DNA of 60,252 nucleotides from Clostridiales bacterium (GCA_036644995.1 JAVXOZ010000011.1:1-60252); one strand, 5' to 3'. Positions 48,756 to 58,123 are shown, counted from the stretch's first letter. Notes: generated from the sequence alone by a model not told the origin. A program made the numbers and translations.

Positions 48756-49931
48756 CTATCTTATATTTGCATGGAAAGGCCGCAAAAGCTCGCCTTCTTT
48801 ATATTTTCGCACACCCAAAAGCTTAGCTGCCCCAAAGGCCAAAGGTGCTGAAAGCACACTGAGCAAAGCCCCCATTTTGGCAGCACCTTGAATCGCAGGG
48901 TCTGCAAATGCCGAGTTGCACATGAACAAAGCCACAGTAAGACCCACACCTGCCACTAAACCCGCAACCACCAAATCTCGTACACCCATACCTTTAGGCA
49001 GGGAAAAACCAATTTTGGCAGCTAAATAACCAAAGATAAATATACCACCACATTTACCAATAATCAAAGAGCCTGTAACCAACAATGTGGGAATACCAAT
49101 ATTGGAAAAAACCACCCCTGCATTGCAAAGCCCAAAGAAAAACAAACCATAATCCACTATGGGTTTCCATTGGCGGTTGAATTTTTCCAAGGCTCTTTCG
49201 TCATCTTCATCATCAATATCCGTAACATCTTCGGGAACTGCGGGTAAAAAGGGAATAATCAGTACCAAAGCCAAAGCCGCATGGATATTGGCAAAATGTA
49301 AACCCAACCAACAGGGAATACCGCCTAAAATTAAATACCACCAGTAGTTGTTCACCTTCATTATTCTTAAAGTCCAGGCCGCAGACATTCCCAAAAGGCA
49401 AAGCAATAAAAATTGGGGTAAAACCGCACCGGATGGATAAAAAATAGCAATAATAACCAAGCCCAAAGCATCATCGGCGATTGCCAAGAGCAAAAGATAT
49501 TTAATGGCAGGGTGCCCCGAACCAAATATTAATTTAGCAACCAGCCAAGCCAAGGCAATATCCGTAGCTGTGGGTATGCCCCAACCGTTGGCATAATCCG
49601 GATCACCAATTAAAATATTTAAAAGGATATAGGCAACAATGGGGCCAACAACACCGCCAATCGTGGCAATTAAAGGGTTAAATGCCCTTTTTATGGGATT
49701 AAGAGAACCGCCGGGTAAAAGAGATTCCACAATTTCCACAGCCGCCGTGGCAAAAAACAATGCCATAAACACATCTTCCACTAAAAAATGGATAGTAAAT
49801 TCACCATAAATGGGAAAATGGATAAAGTGCTCATAGGTTTCGGGCCACAGATTTGCCCAAACCAAGGCAGCAATTATCCCCACTATTAATGGTAGTGAAT
49901 AATCTTGCATAGCTTTATGAATTGTTCTCAA
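48756..49931 (-). CDS. nhaA: Na+/H+ antiporter NhaA family
   Basis: GWGIPTATDIA, LAIADD, FFFGLCNAGV, GK..GI, GVGLTVALF. Confidence 0.92.
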   Translation of the reverse strand: MRTIHKAMQDYSLPLIVGIIAALVWANLWPETYEHFIHFPIYGEFTIHFLVEDVFMALFFATAAVEIVESLLPGGSLNPIKRAFNPLIATIGGVVGPIVAYILLNILIGDPDYANGWGIPTATDIALAWLVAKLIFGSGHPAIKYLLLLAIADDALGLVIIAIFYPSGAVLPQFLLLCLLGMSAAWTLRIMKVNNYWWYLILGGIPCWLGLHFANIHAALALVLIIPFLPAVPEDVTDIDDEDDERALEKFNRQWKPIVDYGLFFFGLCNAGVVFSNIGIPTLLVTGSLIIGKCGGIFIFGYLAAKIGFSLPKGMGVRDLVVAGLVAGVGLTVALFMCNSAFADPAIQGAAKMGALLSVLSAPLAFGAAKLLGVRKYKEGELLRPFHANIR

Positions 49932-50109
49932 ATTTTACCTCACTGTTATTTTCTAAAACTCAATTTCTAAGTAAACTACATTATAGTAGGATTAGCACCA
50001 TTATAATCAAACCCAATAATAGCCATTATGCAGATGCCACTAAATCCTTATTATATCATGTTACATTATTTTAACACATTATATGTTAAAATATTATGTA
50101 CTTTTGAAA

Positions 50110-50859
50110 TTATTCTAAATGATTTATTAAAGAAGCTGCATAACCCGCTCCAAAACCATTATCTATATTCACCACGGTTATCCCTGCAGCACAGGAATTC
50201 ATCATAGCAAGCAATGCCGCAAGTCCACCAAAATTTGCACCATAACCCACACTGGTGGGCACGGCGATAATGGGTTTTTGAAATAAGCCACCAACCACAC
50301 TGGGTAATGCTCCATCCATACCTGCTAAAACTATCAAAACTCTGGCTTTTTGGATTTCGCCTTCATATGCCAATAAACGGTGGATACCTGCTACCCCCAC
50401 ATCGTAAAATCTTCTTACTTTATTACCCATTATTTCTGCGGTTATGGCGGCTTCTTCTGCCATGGGCAAATCTGAAGTACCTGCGGAAATCACGGCTATT
50501 GCACCTTTTTCTTCTTTGGGCTTTTTGTAAATGGTTACAAGCTGAGGAATCTTATGATATTCCGCTTCTTTAATATCAGCCTTTATTTCCTTAAATATGG
50601 ATTCATTGCAACGGGTAGCTAAAATATTACCCTCTGCGGTTTCATAAAGATTTTTAATAATGGAAACAGCGTGTTCTTGCTCTTTACCGCCGCAATACAC
50701 CACCTCGGGAAAGCCACAGCGGCGTTCTCTGCCATGGTCTACCTTGGCAAAGCCTAAATCCTGAAAACTCTGTGTAGACCATTTTTCCACCATATCGCCA
50801 TCGGAAATTTTACCTTCTTTATATAAAGCCAAGGTTCGGCGCAATTCTTTTTCTGTCAT
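50110..50859 (-). CDS. larB: nickel-pincer cofactor biosynthesis protein LarB
   Basis: AKVDH.RE.RCGFPEVVYC.GK, AGTSDLP.AEEA, DVGVAGIHRL, PTSVGYGA, NSCA.G..VVNIDNGFGA. Confidence 0.94.
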   Translation of the reverse strand: MTEKELRRTLALYKEGKISDGDMVEKWSTQSFQDLGFAKVDHGRERRCGFPEVVYCGGKEQEHAVSIIKNLYETAEGNILATRCNESIFKEIKADIKEAEYHKIPQLVTIYKKPKEEKGAIAVISAGTSDLPMAEEAAITAEIMGNKVRRFYDVGVAGIHRLLAYEGEIQKARVLIVLAGMDGALPSVVGGLFQKPIIAVPTSVGYGANFGGLAALLAMMNSCAAGITVVNIDNGFGAGYAASLINHLE

Positions 50860-51004
50860 TTTTTAGTCCTCCAATCCCTTTATCTCATTACTATTTTACA
50901 TGAATTTAGTAAAAAGGTAAATAGGGATTGTAAAACCTATGATTCTTCGCTATAATAAAGTATTGAAACAGATTTATAGAATAGTTAATTTTGGAGGTCA
51001 TATC

Positions 51005-52099
51005 ATGGCATTATCTTGTGGAATAGTTGGTTTACCAATGACAGGTAAAACTACTTTATTTAATTTACTCACCGGGCAGGAAATGGAAATAAGCAATTTT
51101 TATTCCGGTAAAACCCATGCCAATGAAGGCATTGCCTTTATACCCGATGAACGTGTGGACTTTTTGGCGGATATGTATCATCCCAAAAAGAAAACATATG
51201 CACAGCTTGAGGTAATTGATATCCCGGGCTTGGTGCAAGGTGCCAGCAAAGGTGAAGGCACAGGTAATAGTTTTTTAGCATCCATAGGTGAAGCAGATGT
51301 GTTAATGCACGTTATCCGCAGCTTTGAAAATGATGATATTATCCACGTTGATGATAGTATTAACATTAAAAGGGATATCGATACCATTGATACCGAACTT
51401 TTACTTGCGGATTTGGATACCTGCGAAACTCGGTTGGAGCGTATAAAAGCTCAAAGCCGCAAAAAAATCGAAAATCCTTTGGAAGAAGAAGTTTTAGAAA
51501 AAATATTGGCAGTGTTAGAAGAAGAATCCCCGATGAGCTCTTTGGAATTATCCGAAGATGAAAAAGAAGCCGTTGTTCACCTTTCTTTTTTAACCAATAA
51601 GCCCATGGTTTTGGTGGTAAATTTAGATGAAAAGCAGTTTAAATCCGGGGAATATCCCAATAAGGACTTTTTAGCCCAATATGCAAAGGATACCAAACGT
51701 GAGCTTTTGGAAATTTGTGCCCAAGCAGAAGGGGAAATTGCCCAACTTGATGAGGAAGACAGGCTTATGTTTTTAGAGGACTTAAACATATCCGAACCGG
51801 GAATGATTCGTTTGGCACAAACCGTTTACAAAAGCTTAGGCTTAATTTCCTTTATCACCGCCGGTGAAGATGAGGTTAGGGCTTGGACCATTCGTCAAGG
51901 ACTCTCCGCCAAAAAAGCAGCGGGCAAAATCCACTCGGATATTGAACGTGGTTTTATCAGAGCAGAGCTAATTGCCTATACGGATTTGGTAAAATGCGGC
52001 ACCATGGTAAAGGGCAAAGAACAGGGATTGGTACGGTTGGAAGGCAAAGAATATACCATGGCTGATGGTGATATTGTAAACTTCCGCTTTAATGTTTGA
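51005..52099 (+). CDS. ychF: YchF/Obg-family ATPase
   Basis: CGIVGLP..GKTTLFN, DIPGLV.GASKGEG.GN, LTNKP, AAGKIHSDIERGFIRAE, EGKEY...DGDIV.FRFNV; ATG 51005 after GGAGG. Confidence 0.92.
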   Translation: MALSCGIVGLPMTGKTTLFNLLTGQEMEISNFYSGKTHANEGIAFIPDERVDFLADMYHPKKKTYAQLEVIDIPGLVQGASKGEGTGNSFLASIGEADVLMHVIRSFENDDIIHVDDSINIKRDIDTIDTELLLADLDTCETRLERIKAQSRKKIENPLEEEVLEKILAVLEEESPMSSLELSEDEKEAVVHLSFLTNKPMVLVVNLDEKQFKSGEYPNKDFLAQYAKDTKRELLEICAQAEGEIAQLDEEDRLMFLEDLNISEPGMIRLAQTVYKSLGLISFITAGEDEVRAWTIRQGLSAKKAAGKIHSDIERGFIRAELIAYTDLVKCGTMVKGKEQGLVRLEGKEYTMADGDIVNFRFNV

Positions 52100-52109
52100 G
52101 GATTAGTTT

Positions 52110-52547
52110 ATGAAAAAAGTTACTATCTATACAGATGGTGCCTGTTCCGGCAATCCCGGGGCAGGGGGCTGGGGAGCGGTGTTGAGATTTCAGGATAAAG
52201 AAAAGGAAATTTTTGGCTACGACCCCTATTCCACCAACCAAAAAATGGAACTTACAGCGGCTCTCCAGGCTTTAACTCTGCTAAAAGAACCCTGTGAGAT
52301 TGCACTCCACAGCGATAGCGCTTACTTAATACGTGGCTTTACAGAGCATTGGGTGGACAACTGGGAAAAGAACGGCTGGAAGAACAGCAAAAAAGAACCC
52401 GTTGCCAATCAGGATTTATGGAAAGCCCTAATTAAGGAAAATAATCGCCATACAATAAAATGGGTAAAAGTTAAAGGCCATAGCGATAACGAACTGAACA
52501 ACCGCTGCGACACCTTAGCCACGGATGCCATAAAAAATAATAAGTAA
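52110..52547 (+). CDS. rnhA: ribonuclease HI
   Basis: IYTDGACSGNPG.GGWG, TNQKMEL, DSAY, W..NGWK, KVKGHS..NNRCD. Confidence 0.97.
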   Translation: MKKVTIYTDGACSGNPGAGGWGAVLRFQDKEKEIFGYDPYSTNQKMELTAALQALTLLKEPCEIALHSDSAYLIRGFTEHWVDNWEKNGWKNSKKEPVANQDLWKALIKENNRHTIKWVKVKGHSDNELNNRCDTLATDAIKNNK

Positions 52548-52593
52548 AAATATAACTATAAAGTACTTATTATCACTTAAAAGGCTGATTATA

Positions 52594-52791
52594 TCGAAAT
52601 ACGCCGTGAACACCCTCTGAATACGTTTGGGATACGTTTGGAACATCTTCGAAATACGTTGAGAATACCTTCGGAATACTTTCTGAATACCTTCTGAATA
52701 CCTTGGGAATACCTTCGGAATACCCTCATAATACCTTCAGAACATCTTCGAAATACGTTGGGAATATAACGGGAACACCCTCGGAATATAA
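52594..52791. repeat. 18 x 11-bp degenerate tandem array (consensus TCGGAATACCT)
   Basis: 198 bp parses into 18 units with substitutions but no indels. Confidence 0.92.
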
Positions 52792-52808
52792 ACAACTTAA
52801 TAGCATAT

Positions 52809-52866
52809 AAAAAGGCTCATTACCAAGGATATGGTTTAAACCAACCCTTGATAATGAGCCTTTTTT
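52809..52866. terminator. bidirectional terminator between rnhA and surface-protein gene
   Basis: AAAAAGGCTCATTA.CAAGG / CCTTG.TAATGAGCCTTTTT. Confidence 0.85.
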
Positions 52867-52901
52867 AGTTATTTTTTAAAGGTAAGGAAAATTTTAAATA
52901 T

Positions 52902-55900
52902 TTAGATATTCAAATATTTAGATATACGTTGCAGAACTGTGGCACCTTCAGCTCTGGTCATATTTTTAAGGGGTAGGAATTCTCCGGTTTCAGTACCTTC
53001 GATAATTCCGAGTTTTGCGCATATTGCGGTGCTGTCTTTTGCCCAATCTGCAATGGTGTTTTTATCTTTAAAAGTTACATCTTCCCATTTGGCTTCTACT
53101 TTAACATTGCGATAGGCTAAATAGTTACCAATAATTTCACTCATTTCTTGGCGGTCAATTGCCATATGCGGAGCAAATAAAGTTTCGGTTTCGCCTCTTA
53201 CTATTTTGTGTTTTTGTGCCCAAGTGATATAAGAACCTGCCCAAATTTTAGTTGGTTCATCAATATCGGTAAATGTGCAACCGCTTGCGGGGTATTTGGT
53301 TACATCCACTTTATCCAAGCGAGCTAAAACAGTAACAAATTCGGCTCTGCTCATAAATCTTTCAGGATAGAAGTAATTAACACCATCTACAATTTCACCA
53401 TTAAACAAACCCTTGGCGGTCATTGCAGTAATTTCATCAAAAGCCCAATGGCCGTTAATATCTACATAAGGATTATGAGAACCTACTTTTGTCCATTTGG
53501 CAAAGTATGTTACATCACGATTAATTTTTGCTTTAAAGTCCACAGCCACAGTGCATTCCTTATCGGTAAACCAGCCATCCAAAGCATAACCCGGTCTGGG
53601 GGCAACATCCGGGGCAATTACTTGATTTCCTTTAACAACCTGTACAGGGGTGGCTCCGGGTGCATTTTGATAATTACTGTCAAAGGTTACAGTGGGATTG
53701 TAATTACTCCATCGTGCATATATTTTAATATTTTTGTTATATGCAAAATCGTTTATATTACCACCGGTAAGTTCTGTAATTTTTTCAACGCTGCCTGCGG
53801 TTGTGGCTAAGTACCAGCCTTCAAAAACATAGCCTTCAGCAGAAGCGTCTTTTAATTGCAAGGGTAAAACGCCTTCAGAAACTTTAACAGCGGTAGTAGT
53901 ATTAGGATTAACAAAAGTTGCATCCTGAGGTAAATTGCTTATGTAATTAATATTAAAGGTAGTAGAATTTTCAATGACGATTTTACTAAAATCAGTAATA
54001 GTTATTTCGGCATAGAGCCTTACAACACCGTGTTCAAATTTGCTGAAAATTCTGGGAATTAAATATTCAGTTTTGCCATTTTCTTTAATATGGCGAACTT
54101 GTAAGCCTTCCACTACAAAATTATCGGGTAAGGCAAAACATAATTTAATTTCACCTTTTAAATCCGCATTGGAAATGGGTTCCGGTGCAGCCGGTACCAT
54201 ACCATCAGGACCAAGTTTTTGTTGTATATAAGGTTTTGCGGAAAAAGATAAAATATTGTTTGTCAAGTTAGTTTCGGGCAAAACATTTACTTTTACACAA
54301 ACTTCAACTTCAGCGGGTCTTTGGGCAGTACCGCCCAGTTTATCCCCATAGGCATTTATCACATCTGCAGAAGTGGCAGTGGCAATACCGTTTACTCGGG
54401 TGCTATTAATAATATCCGAGAGTGCTGTTGTATCATCTCTGGAAACACCTTCATCAATGTGTGCTTGCACTGTTTCCTCAATGGCTAATTTTTCAGTGGC
54501 AAAGGTTGCATCTGCCCAAGTGATAGTATAGGTTTTTGCATCTTTGGTAGTTGACCAATTACCATCTTGATCAATTATAAATTTCATATTAGCTTTATCT
54601 TTGGCAATATTGCCGCAAAGGTAAAATTCTCCATTTTTATTTAATTCCGTTTTCATGGAATATTCATTAAAGCCATCTTTATTTTGTACTTTTATTTTAG
54701 CATTTTCACCAATATTGGCTGTGGCAATTTTAATGCTAAATAAATTGCCTGCACCCATACCTAAACTCGTGGCATTGGCTTTGTAATAAGGAATAACCCC
54801 TGTTAATTTAATTTCATTACCTGCAAGTACAGGAACAGTCTGTTCACTTCTATCGATATAATAGTCTTGGTTGTCCCCTTCTGCACCTTGTTCTGCATAT
54901 GTTACCTGATTTACAGAGATTAATTCAAAATCACCGCTAACTTTGGGCAATACAGAAACACCGTTAAGATCCAAAGTATATTTCACAGGAACAGCTTTGC
55001 CTGTTACGCCATCCCAATCAATGGTAATTTTGGTTTTGGGGGTAGCCCCTGCATTGGCATAGAAGGTATAATAATTAGCTCCATCAATCACATCAAATGC
55101 ACCTATTTTTTTATCAGGAGCATCCACAAATTCATTACCAAAGCTATAGGTTACATCAGCGGCATTAAAGGCAGTATCCTTGGGCATGGCAATTTTTATA
55201 CCAACCCAGTTACCTTCAGTACCTGCACCATTTGTGTGATAAGGCACATCTTTAGCAGCAAGATAAACTATTGAACCACTTAATTTGGCTTCATATGTAG
55301 CTAATGTAATAGGTGTTACAGTAACTTTACCATCTGTACCTTTTTGATTATCTGCTAAAGGTGCAGGTGAAACTTCACTTGACCCTACCATGAGCAAATC
55401 TTTATCTGCACTTATTAAACAAGGATAAGCAGCATATTTTTCTGTACTGCCTTCCGCTGTATTTACTGTGGGTGCAGCTCCATTCCAATAATTCTTGGTT
55501 AAATCCAACTTAAGCTCCGTACCGGTTTTACCTGCGGCACCATTGGTAATTTTAACCAATTCTTTGTTGTCTACGGGACTTGCAGCCCAATTAGCTTTTG
55601 TCATTACATTACCGTTAACGGTAACTTGATTTGCAGCATCAGCGGCTTTTTTGTTAAATTGTAAACGGATGGCACGGCCGCCAACATCCTGTGTATCATT
55701 ATCCGCATCCCAATTTATCAAAGTATTATTTAAAATATTAACTTTTGCAACGGGAGATGTAGGGGTTGGATCTGTTTGCAACAGGATACTATTATGATAG
55801 GCGTTTTCCACAGTGTTACCTATAATATCAATATTATCCAAGTTGTTAACACGTATTCCCGAGGCTTCTAAAGCTTTGCAATCTTTTACATAGTTATTTT

Positions 55901-57335
55901 TAACTGTGGTTTTACCATTAGTAATAGCCTTCTGGTTATAAATAGCAATACCGGACATCGCAGCAGCATCATTATAGGGTTCTTTAACGATGTTTTCTAC
56001 TTTGTTGTTTTCCACTAAAATATTTTCGGCTCCACTAATCATTAAGCCTTTATTTTTAAAGGTTATGCCTTTTACCGTAATATTACTCTTTGCACCATCT
56101 GCACTGAGAACCATGCCACCGGTGATGATTGTTTGTTCTTTGCTCCATGTTTCACTATTGGGACTATTTATGGCATTAGCACCTAAAATAGTAATAGACT
56201 TATTTGCTACTGTAATATTTCCATCATAGGCACCTACGCCCAACTGAACAATATCACCTGTTTTAGCTGCTTTAATAGCTTCGATAAAAGTATCATAACT
56301 TGTAATTCCTTCATTTTTAGTTATTACAAAGGACTTCTTTGGTTGATTATTTATAGTACCGGTATTATCAATTGTACCGGAGTTAACGATTATACCATTG
56401 ATTGTACCTTTATTAATAAGGTTTATACCGGGGCGAATCATTAAAGAGGAACCTTGGGGTATGTTTAAAGTTTCATCTCCATCTATTGTTAAATCTGTTC
56501 TCAGGTCGGCTACACCCTTGGCAAGTAAATCTTTACCGCCTTTTTCCTTAACAATAACATTATTTAAATTATCTACTTCACTACCGGTTCCCTTGGCAAG
56601 GTAGGTTGCTCTGGCGCCAACGGGCACAATTAATATAGGCTTATCGCAAACACTTGTAAGACCAAAAGATTCAGAAAGATGATACGTTGCTTCAGTACTT
56701 ACCGGCGGGGTAGCTCCCAAAAATTCCACGGTGTTAAGTTTTGCACATTCACCTAATCCATCAATACCAATTTTTTTAACATCGGCTCCCACAACCACAG
56801 AGGATAATGCTCTGCTACGTGCAAAGGCATATTTTTCTACTATTGCAGCATTAAACTCAACTTTTTCCAACACTTTACTGTTACGAAAAGCACCTATTCC
56901 AATAGTTGTCACATCTGCTGGCACAGTAAATTCTTTATCTGCTTTGGCAATGGGGTAACTTACCAAGGTTTTGCCATCTTTAGAATACAATATACCATCA
57001 ATAACTTTAAATTGAGCGTTATCTTTATCCACTACAAAAGATGTTAAATTTTCACAATCTTGAAAGGATCCATCCACTATTGCAATACTTGTAACAGACG
57101 CAGGTATTTTGATAGTGGTAACCTTGGCGATATTTTCCGAATTACTACTTCTAAAAGCATCAGCCATCACCTTTGTTACAGTATTGGGAATATCAATTTC
57201 TGTGGCATTACCGGTATATCCCGTCATGGTTTTGCCATCATCTGTGGTTGTAAAGTCACCAGCGGCAAATGCACCGCCGGAAACAGAAAAAACCATAATT
57301 AACGCCAACAACACAGCTAAATAACTTTTTTTCAT
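52902..57335 (-). CDS. large SLH-anchored surface protein (signal peptide, BspA-type LRR, parallel beta-helix, InlB-B/Flg_new repeats, 3 SLH)
   Basis: MKKSYLAVLLALIMVFS signal; IP..VT.I...AF LRRs; N.I.N beta-helix ladder; GY.F.GW..Y(A)RW repeats; MSRAEF, IDRQEM, MTRAEG SLH motifs; AAGGAG RBS before ATG 57335. Confidence 0.92.
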   Translation of the reverse strand: MKKSYLAVLLALIMVFSVSGGAFAAGDFTTTDDGKTMTGYTGNATEIDIPNTVTKVMADAFRSSNSENIAKVTTIKIPASVTSIAIVDGSFQDCENLTSFVVDKDNAQFKVIDGILYSKDGKTLVSYPIAKADKEFTVPADVTTIGIGAFRNSKVLEKVEFNAAIVEKYAFARSRALSSVVVGADVKKIGIDGLGECAKLNTVEFLGATPPVSTEATYHLSESFGLTSVCDKPILIVPVGARATYLAKGTGSEVDNLNNVIVKEKGGKDLLAKGVADLRTDLTIDGDETLNIPQGSSLMIRPGINLINKGTINGIIVNSGTIDNTGTINNQPKKSFVITKNEGITSYDTFIEAIKAAKTGDIVQLGVGAYDGNITVANKSITILGANAINSPNSETWSKEQTIITGGMVLSADGAKSNITVKGITFKNKGLMISGAENILVENNKVENIVKEPYNDAAAMSGIAIYNQKAITNGKTTVKNNYVKDCKALEASGIRVNNLDNIDIIGNTVENAYHNSILLQTDPTPTSPVAKVNILNNTLINWDADNDTQDVGGRAIRLQFNKKAADAANQVTVNGNVMTKANWAASPVDNKELVKITNGAAGKTGTELKLDLTKNYWNGAAPTVNTAEGSTEKYAAYPCLISADKDLLMVGSSEVSPAPLADNQKGTDGKVTVTPITLATYEAKLSGSIVYLAAKDVPYHTNGAGTEGNWVGIKIAMPKDTAFNAADVTYSFGNEFVDAPDKKIGAFDVIDGANYYTFYANAGATPKTKITIDWDGVTGKAVPVKYTLDLNGVSVLPKVSGDFELISVNQVTYAEQGAEGDNQDYYIDRSEQTVPVLAGNEIKLTGVIPYYKANATSLGMGAGNLFSIKIATANIGENAKIKVQNKDGFNEYSMKTELNKNGEFYLCGNIAKDKANMKFIIDQDGNWSTTKDAKTYTITWADATFATEKLAIEETVQAHIDEGVSRDDTTALSDIINSTRVNGIATATSADVINAYGDKLGGTAQRPAEVEVCVKVNVLPETNLTNNILSFSAKPYIQQKLGPDGMVPAAPEPISNADLKGEIKLCFALPDNFVVEGLQVRHIKENGKTEYLIPRIFSKFEHGVVRLYAEITITDFSKIVIENSTTFNINYISNLPQDATFVNPNTTTAVKVSEGVLPLQLKDASAEGYVFEGWYLATTAGSVEKITELTGGNINDFAYNKNIKIYARWSNYNPTVTFDSNYQNAPGATPVQVVKGNQVIAPDVAPRPGYALDGWFTDKECTVAVDFKAKINRDVTYFAKWTKVGSHNPYVDINGHWAFDEITAMTAKGLFNGEIVDGVNYFYPERFMSRAEFVTVLARLDKVDVTKYPASGCTFTDIDEPTKIWAGSYITWAQKHKIVRGETETLFAPHMAIDRQEMSEIIGNYLAYRNVKVEAKWEDVTFKDKNTIADWAKDSTAICAKLGIIEGTETGEFLPLKNMTRAEGATVLQRISKYLNI

Positions 57336-57651
57336 ATTACATTGCTCCTTTTTCTTTTCCTTTTTCTCTTTTGGCGGCAATAAAACCGCCTAAAATTAAC
57401 CCTTTTCCCCAATATAACTTAGTTACTTTGCCACCCAATACATCCTCAAAAAGGTGACATTTTGAAAAAACATCACTCTGTTATTTTTGATGTTTCATCA
57501 CTTCCTTTCACCGATTTTCCTCTCCTTAATTTAAAATATTTTGATAAATAAAAAAACAGATTTCTATGCAAAATCTGCTTTCATTCAAACATAAATTTGC
57601 AACGGACTGTGATATTATTTAATTTAAAAATTTAGCCCATATTAGTTTTGA

Positions 57652-57699
57652 GTAATTGCTGTTTTAGGGTAATTGCTGTTTTAGGGTAATTGCTGTTTT
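57652..57699. repeat. tandem 17-bp repeat GTAATTGCTGTTTTAGG x2.8
   Basis: read directly. Confidence 0.85.
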
Positions 57700-57945
57700 T
57701 ATGTGTTTTTATTCATTTTTTAATTTTAGTAATATATTTATTATAGCAACATAAAACTTGGGTTTTGACAACTATTTTATCCATGGCAAAACCTCTTTTC
57801 CAAACAACCACCTATATACTTAAATACATAAAACAATAAAAGTACTCACCTAAATTTAGAAATATTTTATTTTTTTAAATAAAATACCCTAATTTCTCGA
57901 AAAATACCGTAATTTAACAAAAGTACTCAACTTTCGCAAAAAAAA

Positions 57946-57966
57946 GAACTGCCTAAAAGGCAGTTC
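57946..57966 (-). terminator. terminator hairpin abutting repeat element
   Basis: GAACTGCCT-AAA-AGGCAGTTC preceded by A tract (U tract on minus strand). Confidence 0.75.
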
Positions 57967-58123
57967 CAGATTGTCAAAAATATAGTTTTTTGGCAAGATG
58001 TCAGGCTGTGAAGAAAGCCTTAGATTCGGTAAAACTCCCTGATAAGCGGCTACTTATGTACATAGATATACATAAGTGGGTGGAAATATATTTTACCCAA
58101 TATCAGACTTTATCCACAGCCTA
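57967..58123 (+). repeat. structured palindromic repeat/MITE-like element, last copy
   Basis: CAGATTGTC...TTATCCACAGCCTA, begins exactly at terminator stem end. Confidence 0.9.

Noticed and set aside
52594..52791. Possible CRISPR array
   Set aside because: Contiguous 11-bp units with no unique spacers; no cas genes
52589..52795. 68-aa minus-strand ORF
   Set aside because: Translation of the 11-bp array, no clear RBS; a period not divisible by 3 argues against coding
57340..57960. c-di-GMP or other riboswitch upstream of the surface protein
   Set aside because: No GEMM GGCAAA..GAAA..GACGCAAA or other recognisable aptamer core found by eye
6577..58118. oriC from DnaA boxes
   Set aside because: Boxes are single and dispersed inside repeats; no cluster and no dnaA/dnaN in the window
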